Positions 14,738-29,364 of a DNA stretch of 64,000 nucleotides are shown here, in pieces. Position 1 is the first letter of the stretch; every line of letters begins with the position of its first letter. Origin of the DNA: Eledone cirrhosa (taxonomy: Eukaryota); the NCBI GenBank assembly GCA_964016885.1, contig OZ024764.1:14880001-14944000 (forward strand), given 5' to 3'. The notes below the pieces were generated by a model. It saw nothing but the letters and a program-made list of their open reading frames with translations, was not told the DNA's origin and did no database searches. The translations under genes and the position numbers were made by a program.

Positions 14738-15148
14738 TATTTCTTTATTAGCCACAGGGGCACAAAAGAAGGGGACAAATACAAAGGGGGAAGTTTACAT
14801 ACAATAAAAACGTGTAAAATGTTATCACAGATGGAATTTAAAAGTTAGTCGATTTTCCCCAATAGAGGGAGACAGTTTATATGGGTAACACATACCCCCG
14901 AAAAAAAATGTGCAACCCTCATCTCCAGGAGTACGAAGAGCTTGTACTCCTTTCCTCTCCTCCTCCTTTTCCTCAACCTACAGGCTGATATAGAGAGAAG
15001 GCCCATTCACTCGGGCCATTCTCGCCACTTTCACCCACCTTTCATAAAACTTGCTTAGATAGATAGATAGATAGATATATTTCTTTATTAGCCACAGGGG
15101 CACAAAAGAAGGGGACAAGTACAAAGGGGGAAGTTTACATACAATAAA

Positions 15149-15186
<38 letters not shown>

Positions 15187-15254
15187 TTCTTTATTAGCCA
15201 CAGGGGCACAAAAGAAGGGGACAAGTACAAAGGGGGAAGTTTACATACAATAAA

Positions 15255-15304
<50 letters not shown>

Positions 15305-15365
15305 TTCTTTATTAGCCACAAGGGCGCAACAAGAAAGGGGACAATACAAAGACATACCGGGGATT
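14015..15365 (-). mobile_element. Tandem stack of Tx1-like 3' ends separated by (GATA)n
   Basis: Repeated tttctttattagccacaggggcacaa... termini, each abutting (TAGA)n. Confidence 0.75.
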
Positions 15366-15439
15366 TTAGATAGATAGATAGATAGATAGATAGACAAACA
15401 CACATATGCACACACACTGAGAAGGACAGACAGACATAC

Positions 15440-15470
<31 letters not shown>

Positions 15471-15962
15471 CAATGACAGCCTCCTGCAAATCCCACCAGA
15501 AATTATCTTCAAACAAACTGTAATGGGAAAGAGTTAAAAATATCTTCAAAAACAGAGAGAAAAAGATATATCTTCCCACCGCGCCTGATGATGTTTTTAG
15601 TGAATCTTGCTTTAATTAATTCTTTATTGTTACTTAATTAATTTAGTCTGGTAAATAAAGAAATGTTCTACCTGTAAATATATACATATTAATGAGTGCT
15701 TGTGAGTAAATAATATAATAATGGTAAATATTAATATGTGTGTGTGTGTGTATGTGTATATATATATGTATGTGTGTGTATGTGTATATATATGTGTGTG
15801 TGTGTGTATGTGTATGTATGTGTATATATATGTATGTGTATGTGTATGTATGTGTTTATATATGTATATATATATATATATATGTGAATGTATATATATA
15901 TATGTATGTATATGGATATGTATATGGATATGTATATATGTATATATATGTATATATGTATA

Positions 15963-15993
<31 letters not shown>

Positions 15994-16185
15994 CTATATA
16001 TATATATATATATATGTATATACATATGTATATATATATGTGTATATATTTATAGCATGTATATACAAAAATACACATCTCAAAGACACGTAACTACCAT
16101 CTATTGTATTAACATAAGTATGTGAATATATATGCATATATATATACACACACACACACATATATATATATATATCTATACACAT

Positions 16186-16274
<89 letters not shown>

Positions 16275-16279
16275 CACAT

Positions 16280-16330
<51 letters not shown>

Positions 16331-16332
16331 CA

Positions 16333-16364
<32 letters not shown>

Positions 16365-16467
16365 CACATGTATATATATGTCTATATATGTATTACAGGT
16401 GGTGTGATAATATTCAAACCCACCCCACCACCACCACCACCACCATCATCACCCCCTCCCCAACATT

Positions 16468-18020
16468 TACCGTGGCACCTCCACGACCACTTCACAGTGA
16501 GTGCTGGGTGCTTTTTTTACCGTGGCACCTCCACGACCACTTTACAGTGAGTGCTGGGTGCTTTTTTACCGTGGCACCTCCACGACCACTTTGCAGTGTG
16601 GGCTGGGTGCTTTTTTTGCCGTAGCACCTCCACGACCACTTTACAGTGAGTGCTGGGTGCTTTTTTACCGTGGCACCTCCACGACCACTTTACAGTGTGG
16701 GCTGGGTGCTTTTTTACCGTGGCACCTCCACGACCACTTTACAGTGAGTGCTGGGTGCTTTTTTACCGTGGCACCTCCACGACCACTTTACAGTGAGTGC
16801 TGGGTGCTTTTTTTGCCGTAGCACCTCCACGACCACTTTACAGTGAGTGCTGGGTGCTTTTTTACCGTGGCACCTCCACGACCACTTTACAGTGTGGGCT
16901 GGGTGCTTTTTTACCGTGGCACTTCCACGACCACTTTACAGTGAGTGGTGGGTGCTTTTTTACCGTGGCACCTCCACGACCACTTTACAGTGAGTGCTGG
17001 GTGCTTTTTTTACCGTGGCACCTCCACGACCACTTTACAGTGAGTGCTGGGTGCTTTTTTTACCGTGGCACCTCCACGACCACTTTACAGTGAGTGCTGG
17101 GTGCTTTTTTACCGTGGCACCTCCACGACCACTTTGCAGTGTGGGCTGGGTGCTTTTTTTGCCGTGGCACCTCCACGACTACTTTACAGTGAGTCCTGGG
17201 TGCTTTTTTACGGTGGCACCTCCACGACCACTTTACAGTGAGTGCTGGGTGCTTTTTTGCCGTGGCACCTCCACGACCACTTTACAGTGAGTGCTGGGTG
17301 CTTTTTTTTTGCCGTGGCACCTCCACGACCACTTTACAGTGTGGGCTGGGTGCTTTTTTACCGTGGCACTTCCACGACCACTTTACAGTGAGTGGTGGGT
17401 GCTTTTTTACCGTGGCACTTCCACGACCACTTTACAGTGAGTGCTGGGTGCTTTTTTACCGTGGCACCTCCACGACCACTTTACAGTGAGTGCTGGGTGC
17501 TTTTTTTACCGTGGTACCTCCACGACCACTTTACCGTGAGTGCTGGGTGCTTTTTTACCGTGGCACCTCCACGACCACTTTGCAGTGTGGGCTGGGTGCT
17601 TTTTTTGCTGTGGCACCTCCACGACCACTTTACAGTGAGTCCTGGGTGCTTTTTTACGGTGGCACCTCCACGACCACTTTACAGTGAGTGCTGGGTGCTT
17701 TTTTGCCGTGGCACCTCCACGACCACTTTACAGTGAGTGCTGGGTGCTTTTTTACCGTGGCACCTCCACGACCACTTTACAGTGAGTCCTGGGTGCTTTT
17801 TTACGGTGGCACCTCCACGACCACTTTACAGTGAGTGCTGGGTGCTTTTTTTACCGTGGCACCTCCACGACCACTTTACAGTGAGTGCTGGGTGCTTTTT
17901 TGCCGTGGCACCTCCACGACCACTTTACAGTGTGGGCTGGGTGCTTTTTTACCGTGGCACTTCCACGACCACTTTACAGTGAGTGGTGGGTGCTTTTTTA
18001 CCGTGGCACCTCCATGACCA
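16468..18020. repeat. ~49-50-bp minisatellite x~31 from SINE body
   Basis: ccgtggcacctccacgaccactttacagtgagtgctgggtgctttttta; runs directly into the SINE at 18020. Confidence 0.95.
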
Positions 18021-18199
18021 CTTTGCAGTGGAATGATAGGGACCCCAGTCCCTATCATCTCATTTCTACAGCTGAGTAAACTGGAGCAATGTGAAATAAA
18101 GTGTCTTGCTCAAGGAAACAACACATCTCCCAATCTGAAAATTGAACTCACAATCTTTCGATTGCAAGGTCAATGCTCTAAACACTAAGGCGTGTACCT

Positions 18200-18249
<50 letters not shown>

Positions 18250-18308
18250 TCGTTTACTCACCATTTTCACTATATATATATATATATATATATATACAAA
18301 TATTTGTG

Positions 18309-18396
<88 letters not shown>

Positions 18397-18404
18397 TACA
18401 CACT

Positions 18405-18458
<54 letters not shown>

Positions 18459-18759
18459 CATACACACACACCCTATATATAAATACATTCACCAATTTTC
18501 ACCAAGGACCTTCCCACACTAAAACCATTCTAATCAGAATCACATTCCCACCCATTAACATTCCGAGGGAATAAAATAAAATTAGACAATTGATCACTAA
18601 CGAGTAATTAGAAATTAAATGAATGTCTTATTATAATTATGTTTTTCAGGAAGATTTACTTTAAGAAAACAATTTCTTGAATACAATTTTACTTATTAGT
18701 TTGTTTTTTTTGCCTATAATTTTATTGTTTTACATCAGGAAAGATTTGTTGTTGGTTCT

Positions 18760-19410
18760 GACCCCATTTTCAGGGCCTACTGAGCCTGTGGGTGTGAGTA
18801 AATTATCGATAAAGTAAATAAACTATATCTTAGGACCACTTATCAAGAAGGGATTGTCTGCAGCCCCTGACACCTTTCAGGGCCTCTCTGAACCTGTGGG
18901 TGTCAGTAAACTATCTATAAAATAAATAAATAATATCTTAGGGCAACATACTCACAGGGCCACAAATTCTTATCATGAAGGGACTATCTGTAACCTTGAC
19001 ACCTTTTCAGGGCATCCCTGAACCTGGTGGGTGTGAGTAAATTATCTATAAGATAAATAAATTATATCTTAGCATCACAAAGTCTTGAGGTCCACAAACT
19101 CTTATCAAGAAGGGATTGTCAGCAGCCCTGACACCTTTTCAGGGCCTCCCCTAGCCTGGTGGGTGTGAGTAAATTATATTTTAGGACCATAAATTCTTAT
19201 CAAAAAGGGAATGTCACGGCCCTGACACCTTTTTAAGGGCCTCTCTGAGCTTGGTGGGTGTGAGTAAATTATCTATAAAATAAATAAATTATATCTTACG
19301 GCAACATACCCTCAGGGGCCACAAATTATTATCAGAAAGGGATTGTCATGACCCCGACCCTTTTTCAGGGCATCCCTGATCCTGGTGGGTATGGTTAAAC
19401 TATAGGGATG
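18760..19410. repeat. Degenerate ~110-130-bp tandem repeat x~5-6
   Basis: Recurring ttttcagggc...gggtgtgagtaaattatc...tcttatcaagaagggattgtc. Confidence 0.8.
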
Positions 19411-19912
19411 CGTACCCTTGAGGGCCTCATTTTTTAAAAAAAAGCTATATCTTAGGGCCACGAATTTTGGGGTACCTCATTTTAAAAAAATATATTTTGA
19501 TCTTATAATTAGTTTATATTTTTTTAACACTAAAGCATCAAAAATGATATATATATATATATATATATTATCATCATCATCATCTTATTTTACGTCCATT
19601 TTTCCCTGCTTGCAAGGGTGGGACGGGAACTGATTCTGGCTTGATTTCTACAGCTGGATGCCCTTCCTAACACCAACCTCATTTACAGTGAGTGCTGGGT
19701 GCTTTTTTGCCGTGGCACCTCCACGACCACTTTGCAGTGGAATGATAGGGACCCCAGTCCCTATCATCTCATTTCTACAGCTGAGTAAACTGGAGCAATG
19801 TGAAATAAAGTGTCTTGCTCAAGGAAACAACACATCACCAGGTCTGAGAATTGGACTCACAACCTTTCGATTGCAAGCCCAATGCTCTAACCACTAAGCC
19901 ATGTGCCTCCAT

Positions 19913-19945
<33 letters not shown>

Positions 19946-20531
19946 AACACACACACACATATATATATATAAATATATATAGGAACCAGTAAGACCCCGA
20001 CAGCTGAGCTCAAGCCGTTTCGACGGCTACCGTCGAAACGGCTTGAGCTCAGCTGTCGGGGTCTTACTGGTTCCTATTACCCACTCTACTACCTCAAGTA
20101 TTGAGTACTTTGGTGCGTTATGGTCCACCTGGTTCCTTACCACATTTCCTTCGTTATAAATATATATAAATATATATATATTTATATAATAAAAAGGATG
20201 ATTTGTGATGTCTTCATTACATTTAGTGAGTTCTGTGTACGTATGTGTGAGTATGTGTGTGTATGTGTATGTATGTGTGTGTGAGTATGTGTGTATTTAA
20301 GTGTTTAAGTGTGTGTGTGTTTACATATTCAAAAACACCCATTTTTCGATAATTTCTCTCACACTTTGTAAATTCCAGGATGAGAGTTAATTAGCATTCG
20401 TGCTTAATTAGCTGGAAATAAAATAATTAAGGATTAAATGCTGCAGAAAATTGCCATTGTACAGATATTGTTCAAAGGTACCTGTATTGGACAGGTGTGA
20501 GAGTTTGAGGTTGACAAATGTGTGTATGTAA

Positions 20532-20600
<69 letters not shown>

Positions 20601-20631
20601 AATACATATACAGACACACAGACATATATAT

Positions 20632-20965
20632 ATGGCTTAGTGGTTGGAGCATTGGCCTTGCAATCGAAAGGTTGTGAGTTCAATTCTCAGACCGGGTGAT
20701 GTGTTGTTTCCTTGGGCAAGACACTTTATTTCACATTGCTCCAGTTTACTCAGCTGTAGAAATGAGATGATAGAGACTGGGGTCCCTATCATTCCACTGC
20801 AAAGAGGTCGTGGAGGTGCCACGGCAAAAAAGCACCCAGCACTCACTGTAAATGAGGTTGGTGTTAGGAAGGGCATCCAGCTGTAGAAATCAAGCCAGAA
20901 CCAGTTCCCGTCCCACCCTTGCAAGCAGGGAAAAGTGGACGTAAAATGAAATGATGATGATGATG
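20632..20965 (+). mobile_element. tRNA-derived SINE with RTE-derived tail (other copies: 8893-9175 +, 18020-18200 -, 19570-19910 -, 25180-25460 -, 58640-58965 -)
   Basis: A box TGGCTTAGTGG, B box GAGTTCAATTC, central ccttgggcaagacactt domain, tail shared with RTE 3' UTR and (GAT)n. Confidence 0.85.
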
Positions 20966-21007
20966 AAAATGATATATATATATATAAATACATATACAGA
21001 CACACAC

Positions 21008-21038
<31 letters not shown>

Positions 21039-21058
21039 AATACATATACAGACACACA

Positions 21059-21098
<40 letters not shown>

Positions 21099-21122
21099 TA
21101 TATAAATACATATACACACACA

Positions 21123-21156
<34 letters not shown>

Positions 21157-21341
21157 AACGAGTAGAACCCCGACGGCAGAGCTCAAGCCGTTTAGATGGC
21201 TAATTCTGGACTAAAATGATTTTAGTCCAGAATTAGCCACTCTAAATGCTGTAATGAATGTTGACCCACAATATTTGCATATGTATCGGTATGTCTCTTG
21301 GCTGAAAAGGAGGTCATATAACTGTCCATGCATTAATAAAT

Positions 21342-21388
21342 TGCTCTGAAGAATCCAAACCTCGGTTTGGAGGAAACAGCTGTAAGCA
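21342..21388 (+). ncRNA. Minimal type-I hammerhead ribozyme
   Basis: tgct-CUGAAGA-tccaaacc/ggtttgga-GAAA-cagctg-UA-agca; palindromic stem III. Confidence 0.85.
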
Positions 21389-21573
21389 CAAAAATGTTTT
21401 GAACAGTTCTTTGATTCTTATATTTCATATATATATATATATATAATCACAAATTTAAAAAAAAATTTCTATAAATATATATATCTATATGATATATATA
21501 TATATATAATTTAGTCTTCAAATTTATTATTATTACTATGATATATATATATATATCTATATATATATCTATA

Positions 21574-21628
<55 letters not shown>

Positions 21629-21630
<2 letters not shown>

Positions 21631-23528
21631 TGTCGCTGATAAGAAGGTAGCTTGGAAGTGTCACTACGAAAGGCTACTAAATGAGGAGAATAAATGGGAG
21701 AAAGACAGTCTCCCCCACATCGACCCAATAGAGGGACCAGCAGTGTTAGTCGAGGGTAGTATAATAAGTAAGGCAATCAAAGATATGAAGACGGGTAAGG
21801 CGGCTGGGCCTTCAGAAATAGTTGCTGAAATGCTGAAAGCTTCTGGAACGGTAGGACACACCATGGTCACCCGGATAGTAAACCAAGTCATACAGAATGG
21901 GGTTGTTCTGAAGGACTGGCGTAGCAGCATCATCATTAACTGCTACAAGGGTAAAGGAGATGCCCTAGATAGGAGTAACTATAGAGGCATTAAATTAATC
22001 GACCAGGTCATGAAGGTCACAGAAAAAGTAAGCGCAACTAATCAGAGAGAGAATTGATCTAGATGAAATGCAGTTCGGGTTTGTGTCAGGAAAAAGTACC
22101 ACAGACGCTCTTTTCATTGTACGACAACTACAGGAGAAGTACCTAGCTAAAAGTAAACCCCTATACTTAGCTTTTGTCGACTTGGAGAAAGCCTTTGACA
22201 GAGTCCCCCGTTCCATTATCTGGTGGGCTCTTAGAAAACTAGGTGCTGATGAATGGCTTGTGAGAGCTATACAAGCCATGTATAAAGAAACAGTCAGCAA
22301 AGTTAGAATTAACAACGAATATAGTGAAGAGTTTAGCATAAAAGTTGGTGTTCATCAGGGCTCCGTTCTTAGGCCCCTACTATTTATTATTGCCCTTCAG
22401 GCTATAACAGTGGAGTTCAAGGAACTCCTATACGCAGATGATCTAACACTCATAGCTGAATCAATGGCCGAACTAGAGAAGAAATTCCAAACATGGAAGC
22501 ACGGCCTAGAATCAAAAGGCCTTAAAATTGACCTGGCTAAGACTAAAGTTCTAGTTTGTAGGAAGGAAAATAGGGCGCCGGTCCCATCCGGGAAATGGCC
22601 ATGTTCAGTGTGTAGGAAAGGCGTAGGTAGAAACTCCATTTTATGTCCCAAATGCAAAGTATGGGTACATAAAAGATGTAGTGGGATCACAGGTAAGCTA
22701 ACTAAGAACATAGATTTTATATGTGGCCGGTGCTCTGGTGCAATAAGTAGCAGCAAGTGCCCACAGAATACAAGCTCATTCCATTGCACAGATGGTTCTA
22801 TAGAAATAGTGGACAGCTTCCGTTACCTGGGTGACAAAATCAGCAGTGAGGGAGGGTGCTCTGAAAGTACAGTAGCTAGAGTCAGAACTGGATGGAAAAA
22901 GGGTTCTCCCTAAAAATGAAAGGCAGGCTGTATGATGCCTGCATACAAACAGCAATGTTACATGGCAGTGAGACCTGGGCATTGTGTGCAATAAAAATAG
23001 ACAGTAGCCATGGAGTAAGCAGACCCAGAAAAACCTGGGACGACTTGATAAATTCCGACCTCACACACTTACACCTCTCCAAGACAATGTCAGTGGACCG
23101 AGATCTTTGGCGCTACACAGAAATAGAGAAGACCCGCCTTACCTAAGTACAAAGTGAAACCTACTACAGTCAGTAGGCACCTCTAACAAAATACACCCCC
23201 AGCCCACTACCCCCACCCCATCCACACCACCCCTTTCAATGTAAAGTTATGTTGGTACCACAACATCCAGTCCTAAATAAATGAGGTCGTGTAGGTGTCA
23301 CGACAAAAAAAACACACAGTCCACGCTGTAATGTGGCCGTGTAGGTAACACGGTAAAAACCTCCCAGTTCCACACTGTAAATGCGGTTGGTGTTAGGAAG
23401 GGCATCCAGCCGTAGAAAACCCGCCAGACAGTCCTATGCGAGCAAGACAACCACTCTTGCCTCAAGTGGGAAAACTCCTGTCCAAACCCATGCAAGCGTG
23501 GAATATGGACGTTAAACGATGATGATGA
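21629..23528 (+). mobile_element. RTE-type LINE, frameshifted/deleted copy with 3' UTR
   Basis: KGKGDALDRSNYRGIKL, QFGF, AFVDLEKAFD, GVHQGS, LLYADD; internal deletions relative to the 61828 copy. Confidence 0.92.
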
Positions 23529-23594
23529 TATATATATATATATATTAAAAAAAAAAAAAAATATATATATATATAAATATATATATATATAAAA

Positions 23595-23663
<69 letters not shown>

Positions 23664-23681
23664 AATATATATATATATATA

Positions 23682-23712
<31 letters not shown>

Positions 23713-23883
23713 AAATATATATATATATATATATTAAAAATATATATATATATATATATTAAAAATATATGACTCCAGTTCCCCAGTGAATTAACAACCC
23801 AACAAGGAACTGGGCATATCAGAGTATTGACAATATCATACACCTAAACAACATATGTACTTGTCTATACCATACTAATTCAA

Positions 23884-23938
23884 ACTGCCTGAAGAGGTCA
23901 CAGCCAAAGATGGCTGTCACTGAAATATATATAGCAGT
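23884..23938 (+). ncRNA. Minimal type-I hammerhead ribozyme (same family as 1499-1553)
   Basis: Same core and stems as the 1499 copy, within a near-identical ~220-bp insert (23770-23990 vs 1385-1605). Confidence 0.85.
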
Positions 23939-24009
23939 AATAAACGAAGCTAAATTTTAATCATTTGACTTTTATTTAACTTTATTTTATATAAATATAT
24001 ATGTAGATA

Positions 24010-24077
<68 letters not shown>

Positions 24078-25138
24078 TACATGTAGATAAATCTACCAAA
24101 ATATACGGTAGTGTCCAATCCGTATGAAGAACTCAATGTAATCCAAATATCATAAAAAGAGAAGATGTATTCAAAATTTTTTCGATGAAAAACACAGGAA
24201 AACAGAGTCAAGATAAATTAATAAAAATAATGAATAAAAACAAAGAAACAGTTCCTTATATTAAAAAATGCATCATTTTACGATCGTTTCTAGGATATAT
24301 ATGTGTGTGTTGGTATGTATATCATATAGATCTATATGATATACATACCAACACACACATTTATATCCTAGAAACGATCGTAAAATGATTAATTTTTTAA
24401 TATAAGGAACTGTTTCTTTGTTTTTATTCATTATTTTTATTAATTTATATAAATATATATATATATATATATTTATATCATCATCATCATCATCATCATC
24501 GTTTAACGTCCATATTCCACGCTCGCATGGGTTTGGACGGGAGTTTTCCCACTTGAGGCAAGAGTGGTTGTCTCGCTCGCATATGACTGTCTGGTGGGTT
24601 TTCTACGGCTGGATGCCCTTCCTAACACCAACCACATTTACAGTGTGGACTGGGAGGTTTTTACCGTGTTACCTACACGGCCACATTACAGCGTGGACTG
24701 TGTGTTTTTTTGTCGTGACACCTACACGACTTCATTTGTTTCGGGCTGGATGTTGTGGTACCAACATAACTTTACATTGAAAGGGGTGGTGTGGATGTAT
24801 ATATATATATACATATATATATACATCATCATTGTTTAATGTCCATTTTCCACACTAGCATGGGTCATATATATATAATATAAAATCAAAAGATGGTTAA
24901 AAGAGTTCCATGTATTTTATTATGTGCTTTTCAAAAACAAATATCATCATGGGATGATATTTGTTTTTGTTGATGATATTTGTTTTTGTTTTTGAAATGC
25001 GCATAATAAAATACATGGAACTCTTTTAACCATCTTTTGATTTTATATTATTTATACTCCAGTCCTATAAACTGTTGAGTGCTACTTATCTGATATTTGC
25101 ATTGCTTATTGTGCTACAATAAAACTCACCTCCTACAT

Positions 25139-25170
<32 letters not shown>

Positions 25171-25618
25171 TCATTCATCATCATCATTTCATTTTACGTC
25201 CGCTTTTTCCCTGCTTGCAAGGGTGGGAGGGGAACTGATTTTTGGCTTGATTTCTACAGCTGGATGCCCTTCCTAACACCAACCTCATTTACAGTGAGTG
25301 CTGGGTGCTTTTTTTGCCGTGGCACCTCCACGACCACTTTGTAGTGGAATGATAGGGACCCCAGTCCTATCATCTCATTTCTACAGCTGAGTAAACTGGA
25401 GCAATGTGAAATAAAGTGTCTTGCTCAAGGAAACAACACATCACCCGGTCTGAGAATTGAGTGGTTTGTAGATATACAAACAACTCTCTCCTACTTCTCC
25501 AACCCCTGCATACCTTTCTCTCTCTCTCCCTCTCCCCTACTTTTCTCTCTTCCTTTTCTACTCTATCTTCCCCAACAACCCCACTTAAGGGTATTTACAT
25601 TTTACATTTTAACCATTC

Positions 25619-25730
25619 TGCTCTGAGGAAACAGTGGTCACAGCATTGGATATTTGAGTTCTGCAAATACTTGTAAATTTGCACATAGCATAACTAGGCT
25701 GCAGTACCACCGTGGAAACATTTGTAAGCA
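25619..25730 (+). ncRNA. Type-I hammerhead ribozyme with extended stem II
   Basis: tgct-CUGAGGA-acagtggt...(long insert)...accaccgt-GAAA-catttg-UA-agca. Confidence 0.65.
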
Positions 25731-25922
25731 CACAGAATAAATTACCTTTTTATGATGGCTGCCTGTTATTATTCATTCTTTATATACACTCCGGAATACA
25801 GAAGGATCAGGAACTAAGTTTCTTCAACAATTCTTCCATAACTCGTAGAGTAACCCCTCACCGTACGTCAACCATATCCAGTGTAGTAAATAACCATTAC
25901 TACATCTTGGGTAATCCTATAC

Positions 25923-25997
<75 letters not shown>

Positions 25998-26179
25998 AAT
26001 AACAGATTAGAGTTTAAGCAAAGAATGGTTATTTCACCCTTAACAGGAGTTTCAGAAGATCCCATTAAGGGTGAAAGTGATGATTCTTTGCTTACACTTT
26101 AATCTGTTACTTTAATAAATATTTATCCTTATCAAGCCCTCTTTGGATTTTAGTCTTCACATTTATTATTATTACTATA

Positions 26180-26222
<43 letters not shown>

Positions 26223-26424
26223 TTTTAAAAAGGTGCGCTTTCATCAGATAAAATACAAGATTTGTTTTATAAATATTGACATAACCGTGGAAAAACAACC
26301 TTAACGGTTGAAAGTTCACTGGATAGTAATATATTGAATATTTACTCCAGTTATCTGTTGAGTGCTTTATATTAGTTATAAACTTTTAAGCTTGTTTGAA
26401 TCCCAACAAATTAAATATAACTTC

Positions 26425-26456
<32 letters not shown>

Positions 26457-26457
<1 letters not shown>

Positions 26458-27740
26458 CGAAGGAAATGTGGTAAGGAACCAGGTGGACCATAACGCACCA
26501 AAGTACTCAATACTTGAGGTAGTAGAGTGGGTAATAGGAACCAGTAAGACCCCGACAGCTGAGCTCAAGCCGTTTCAACGGCTAATTCTGGACTAAATGA
26601 AAATTTATCCTGGTATTTAAATAGCCAATCTTCTCAAGGGGTAATTCCATATATGGTCAAAGTGGTTGTCAAAAATCAGTAGTAATTCTGTGGTTGCAAA
26701 TTAGTAGGGGAGATGGTGGCTAAACCTGCCAGTAGGAGAAAGAGGGGAGGGGGTGGAGTAGACCCAATCAAGCGTTGGTAGTGCCAGCTACAGCTGGGCG
26801 TGAGGTCAAAGAAGATACAGGGGAGGGGGAGGGGGAGGAAGTCGGAACGGTAGGTAGAACAATGGGGGTAGAAATATATAGGAGAGAAAAAATACTGAGA
26901 GTGAAGAAAAGCAAATAAGTGTAAAGAAAAAAGTAAAGTAAATTAAATTCTACGACCTAGGTGTCAGGCTATTGTTAGGCTAGAATAAAATAAAGAAAGA
27001 AAGAAAGAAGTAAATAAATAAATAAATAAATAAATAACGAAATAAGTAAAAGAACTAAGTGGGACGGAATAGGCAAGGACCCTTTTAAGAGGTATAAGTA
27101 CGTAAATGATACGGTGACGGGTCAACAAAAGGGGCCAAAATACTAAAGAGACTACCACGAAATAAACAATAAAGGTTTCCATCCCGGGCCAGCAACGACC
27201 CAGTGCAGCAAAGTGAACTTGTACGAGATAATAATTCTGAGTCCCGAGAAAAATATATACTAATGCTAACTCTAAAAGATCTAAAACAAGCTACATGAAA
27301 GTTCGTACGAAATAAAGGTAGAATACGGAGAAATAAATTCAGAATCCACCCCGCCCAGAAGAAAAGCGAAGCAAGAAATACTGAAACGAAAAAATAAGGC
27401 ATAAGTGCCACTAAGAAATATAGAGGGCACAGAGAATAGTGGGAGCGGTCGGAAAAAGGGGGCAAGTATCCGGGGTCTAAGCCAGCTGCTATAAAGGGCG
27501 GAGTCCGCCAAATCTATCATAGACTAGGGGAGGGGGTGGTGGGGGTACTAAGGCTACATGGGGCCAAAGGGCAGCCTCGGGTGGGCGAGAAAAGACGCCG
27601 ACAAAGGAGAAGAGCTGGGGTAGAAGGACAAAGGAGAGAGGGGGGAAGGAAATAAAGGAAGCGATAAAAGAATACAAAGAAGATCTTACGTCTTCCTTGG
27701 CAAGCAGGGGTTACCCATTGCAAAATCGGCAAGTGGGGTG
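26457..27740 (-). mobile_element. 3' non-coding / pseudo-LTR region of the Penelope-like element, ending in (TA)n
   Basis: Contiguous with ORF; its terminal ~140 nt recurs as solo fragments at 3001-3170, 19981-20156, 21154-21245, 34598-34798. Confidence 0.75.
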
Positions 27741-29253
27741 TTATAGCCCTAGTTTACCCCCCCCCCCCCCCGGGTCATTATGGGGTTTGAGGGCGAGGTA
27801 ATTCCTACGCAATCTATGTTTACATGCAGTAACCAGTTCATCTTTCTTGTTTAGGAGTTGGTCCGTCGAAAACAGCATTTGTAAAGTTTCCTCCGAGCAT
27901 AAATTGCACGGACGTCGTCCTCCCGTGTAAGAATTGGCTCTGGACAGTAATCTCCAAGTGAGATCATAGGTGATGTTGTTGTCCTTGAGGTCCCATATGT
28001 GGCCCGAAAGTGTAGTGGCGTGACGCCGGGCCGGGTTTCGGAAGGTATGTCTATGTTGGTATAGCCGGGTCTTGAAGTCACATGCGGTAAGTCCTATATA
28101 GGCTTTGTTGGAGGTATCCGTCCTCACGTTGCACTGGTAGATCACATTACGGTCTCTGCATCTATTGTCGAGTGGGCAAATAGATCTATCCGGGCAGTTA
28201 CACCTCCTGGTCGGTTCTCCACTGCTATTTAGGTTATTTCTGCCATCGGGGTTGAGTTTTTTGTTGTTAGAGGAGACGATGTTTTGTGCGAAGTTTGGTG
28301 TAGTGCTGTAAGAGAGTTTGATGGTATTTTTGTTAATTATGTTGTGGTAGCGGTGTTGTAATGGGAAGTGTTTTTCACTGAGCCTAAAGAATAGTTTCCC
28401 GATGGGAGTAGTCACCTCTGCGTTGTGGGGAGGATTGAACCATGTTACATTGCGTGAGCGGCGGTGTCTCCTGCTGGTTCCGCTAATGGGAGCTGGACAG
28501 TAGGATATTTCCTCCCGGAAACCACTCCGCTTGAGGGCCTGGTTGTAATAAGGCGCATGTTCATCGAATATCCGCTCATTAGCTGACAAACGGGATACGC
28601 GGAGGGAGATGTTTTTGACCAGGTTGTTTGTGATGTTCCTAGGATGGTTTGATCGGCGGTGGATGTAGTGCAGATTGTCATTAGGTTTCCTGTATGGGTA
28701 GTACAGGTCGTTTTCGAGGTCGAGGGTCACGTCCAGGAAGTTTACTCGGGTCAGGGACGTTTGTAGGGTTATTTTAAATCCCCAGTCGCGGAAGAATCTG
28801 ATTAATTGTTTCCGGACCCGATCTGTACTACTGGGGTTGTACCCTTTAAGGGTAAGGAGCCCATCATCACGGTACAATCCACCACCGAATGCAGGAAACA
28901 TATCAGTGAGTTTGGCTATTAGGAATAATCCTATAAGATCAGTGACCTCCGCCGAATCCGTGGCGCCCATGCTGACGTCGAAGGGTGAGTCGGGAGCTCT
29001 TTTTATCCATTTAGAGTCGTCAAAGAGTAAGACTGTCTTCCTGGCGTGGAGGATGATTTTTCTTTCCTGGTCGGTGATGGGCACGAGTGTTTCGGCGAAG
29101 TCCAAGGCGGCAGTAAGTAGCGGTAAGGTGATTGAAGCATAGTAGCTCTCTATGTCGAACTGTATGAATTTAGTTTCTCGTTTATCCTCCATATTGCTGA
29201 ACCAGGAGATTACTTCCTGGGTGTTGATCCATAGGCTAAGTCGGGTGTGTTGC
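27741..29253 (-). mobile_element. Penelope-like element ORF: RT plus C-terminal GIY-YIG endonuclease, 5'-truncated
   Basis: FDIESYY, MGA-DSAEVTDL, LYRDDGL, NFLDVTL, YRKP motifs; Cys linker CNC..CPL..C; VIY...YIGLT..FK.R..QH; about 500 open codons; the ORF-track N-terminus is only (GACA)n. Confidence 0.92.
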
Positions 29254-29305
29254 AGACAGACAGACAGAGAGACAGACAGACAGACAGACAGAGAGACAGA
29301 CAGAC

Positions 29306-29364
<59 letters not shown>

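Noticed and set aside
16468-18020. CRISPR-like appearance of regular arrays (also 41675-43433, 54314-55705)
   Set aside because: Units are contiguous with no unique spacers, at least two arrays derive from TE sequence, and there are no cas genes; eukaryotic context.
20632-20700. tRNA gene
   Set aside because: A/B boxes belong to a SINE head; no complete cloverleaf, and the sequence continues into the SINE body.
25790-25927. Possible ribozyme in the (TA)n insert shared with 34850-35000, and in 1130-1365 and 13200-13260
   Set aside because: No CUGANGA/GAAA core with consistent stems could be built by eye; left as unclassified repeats.
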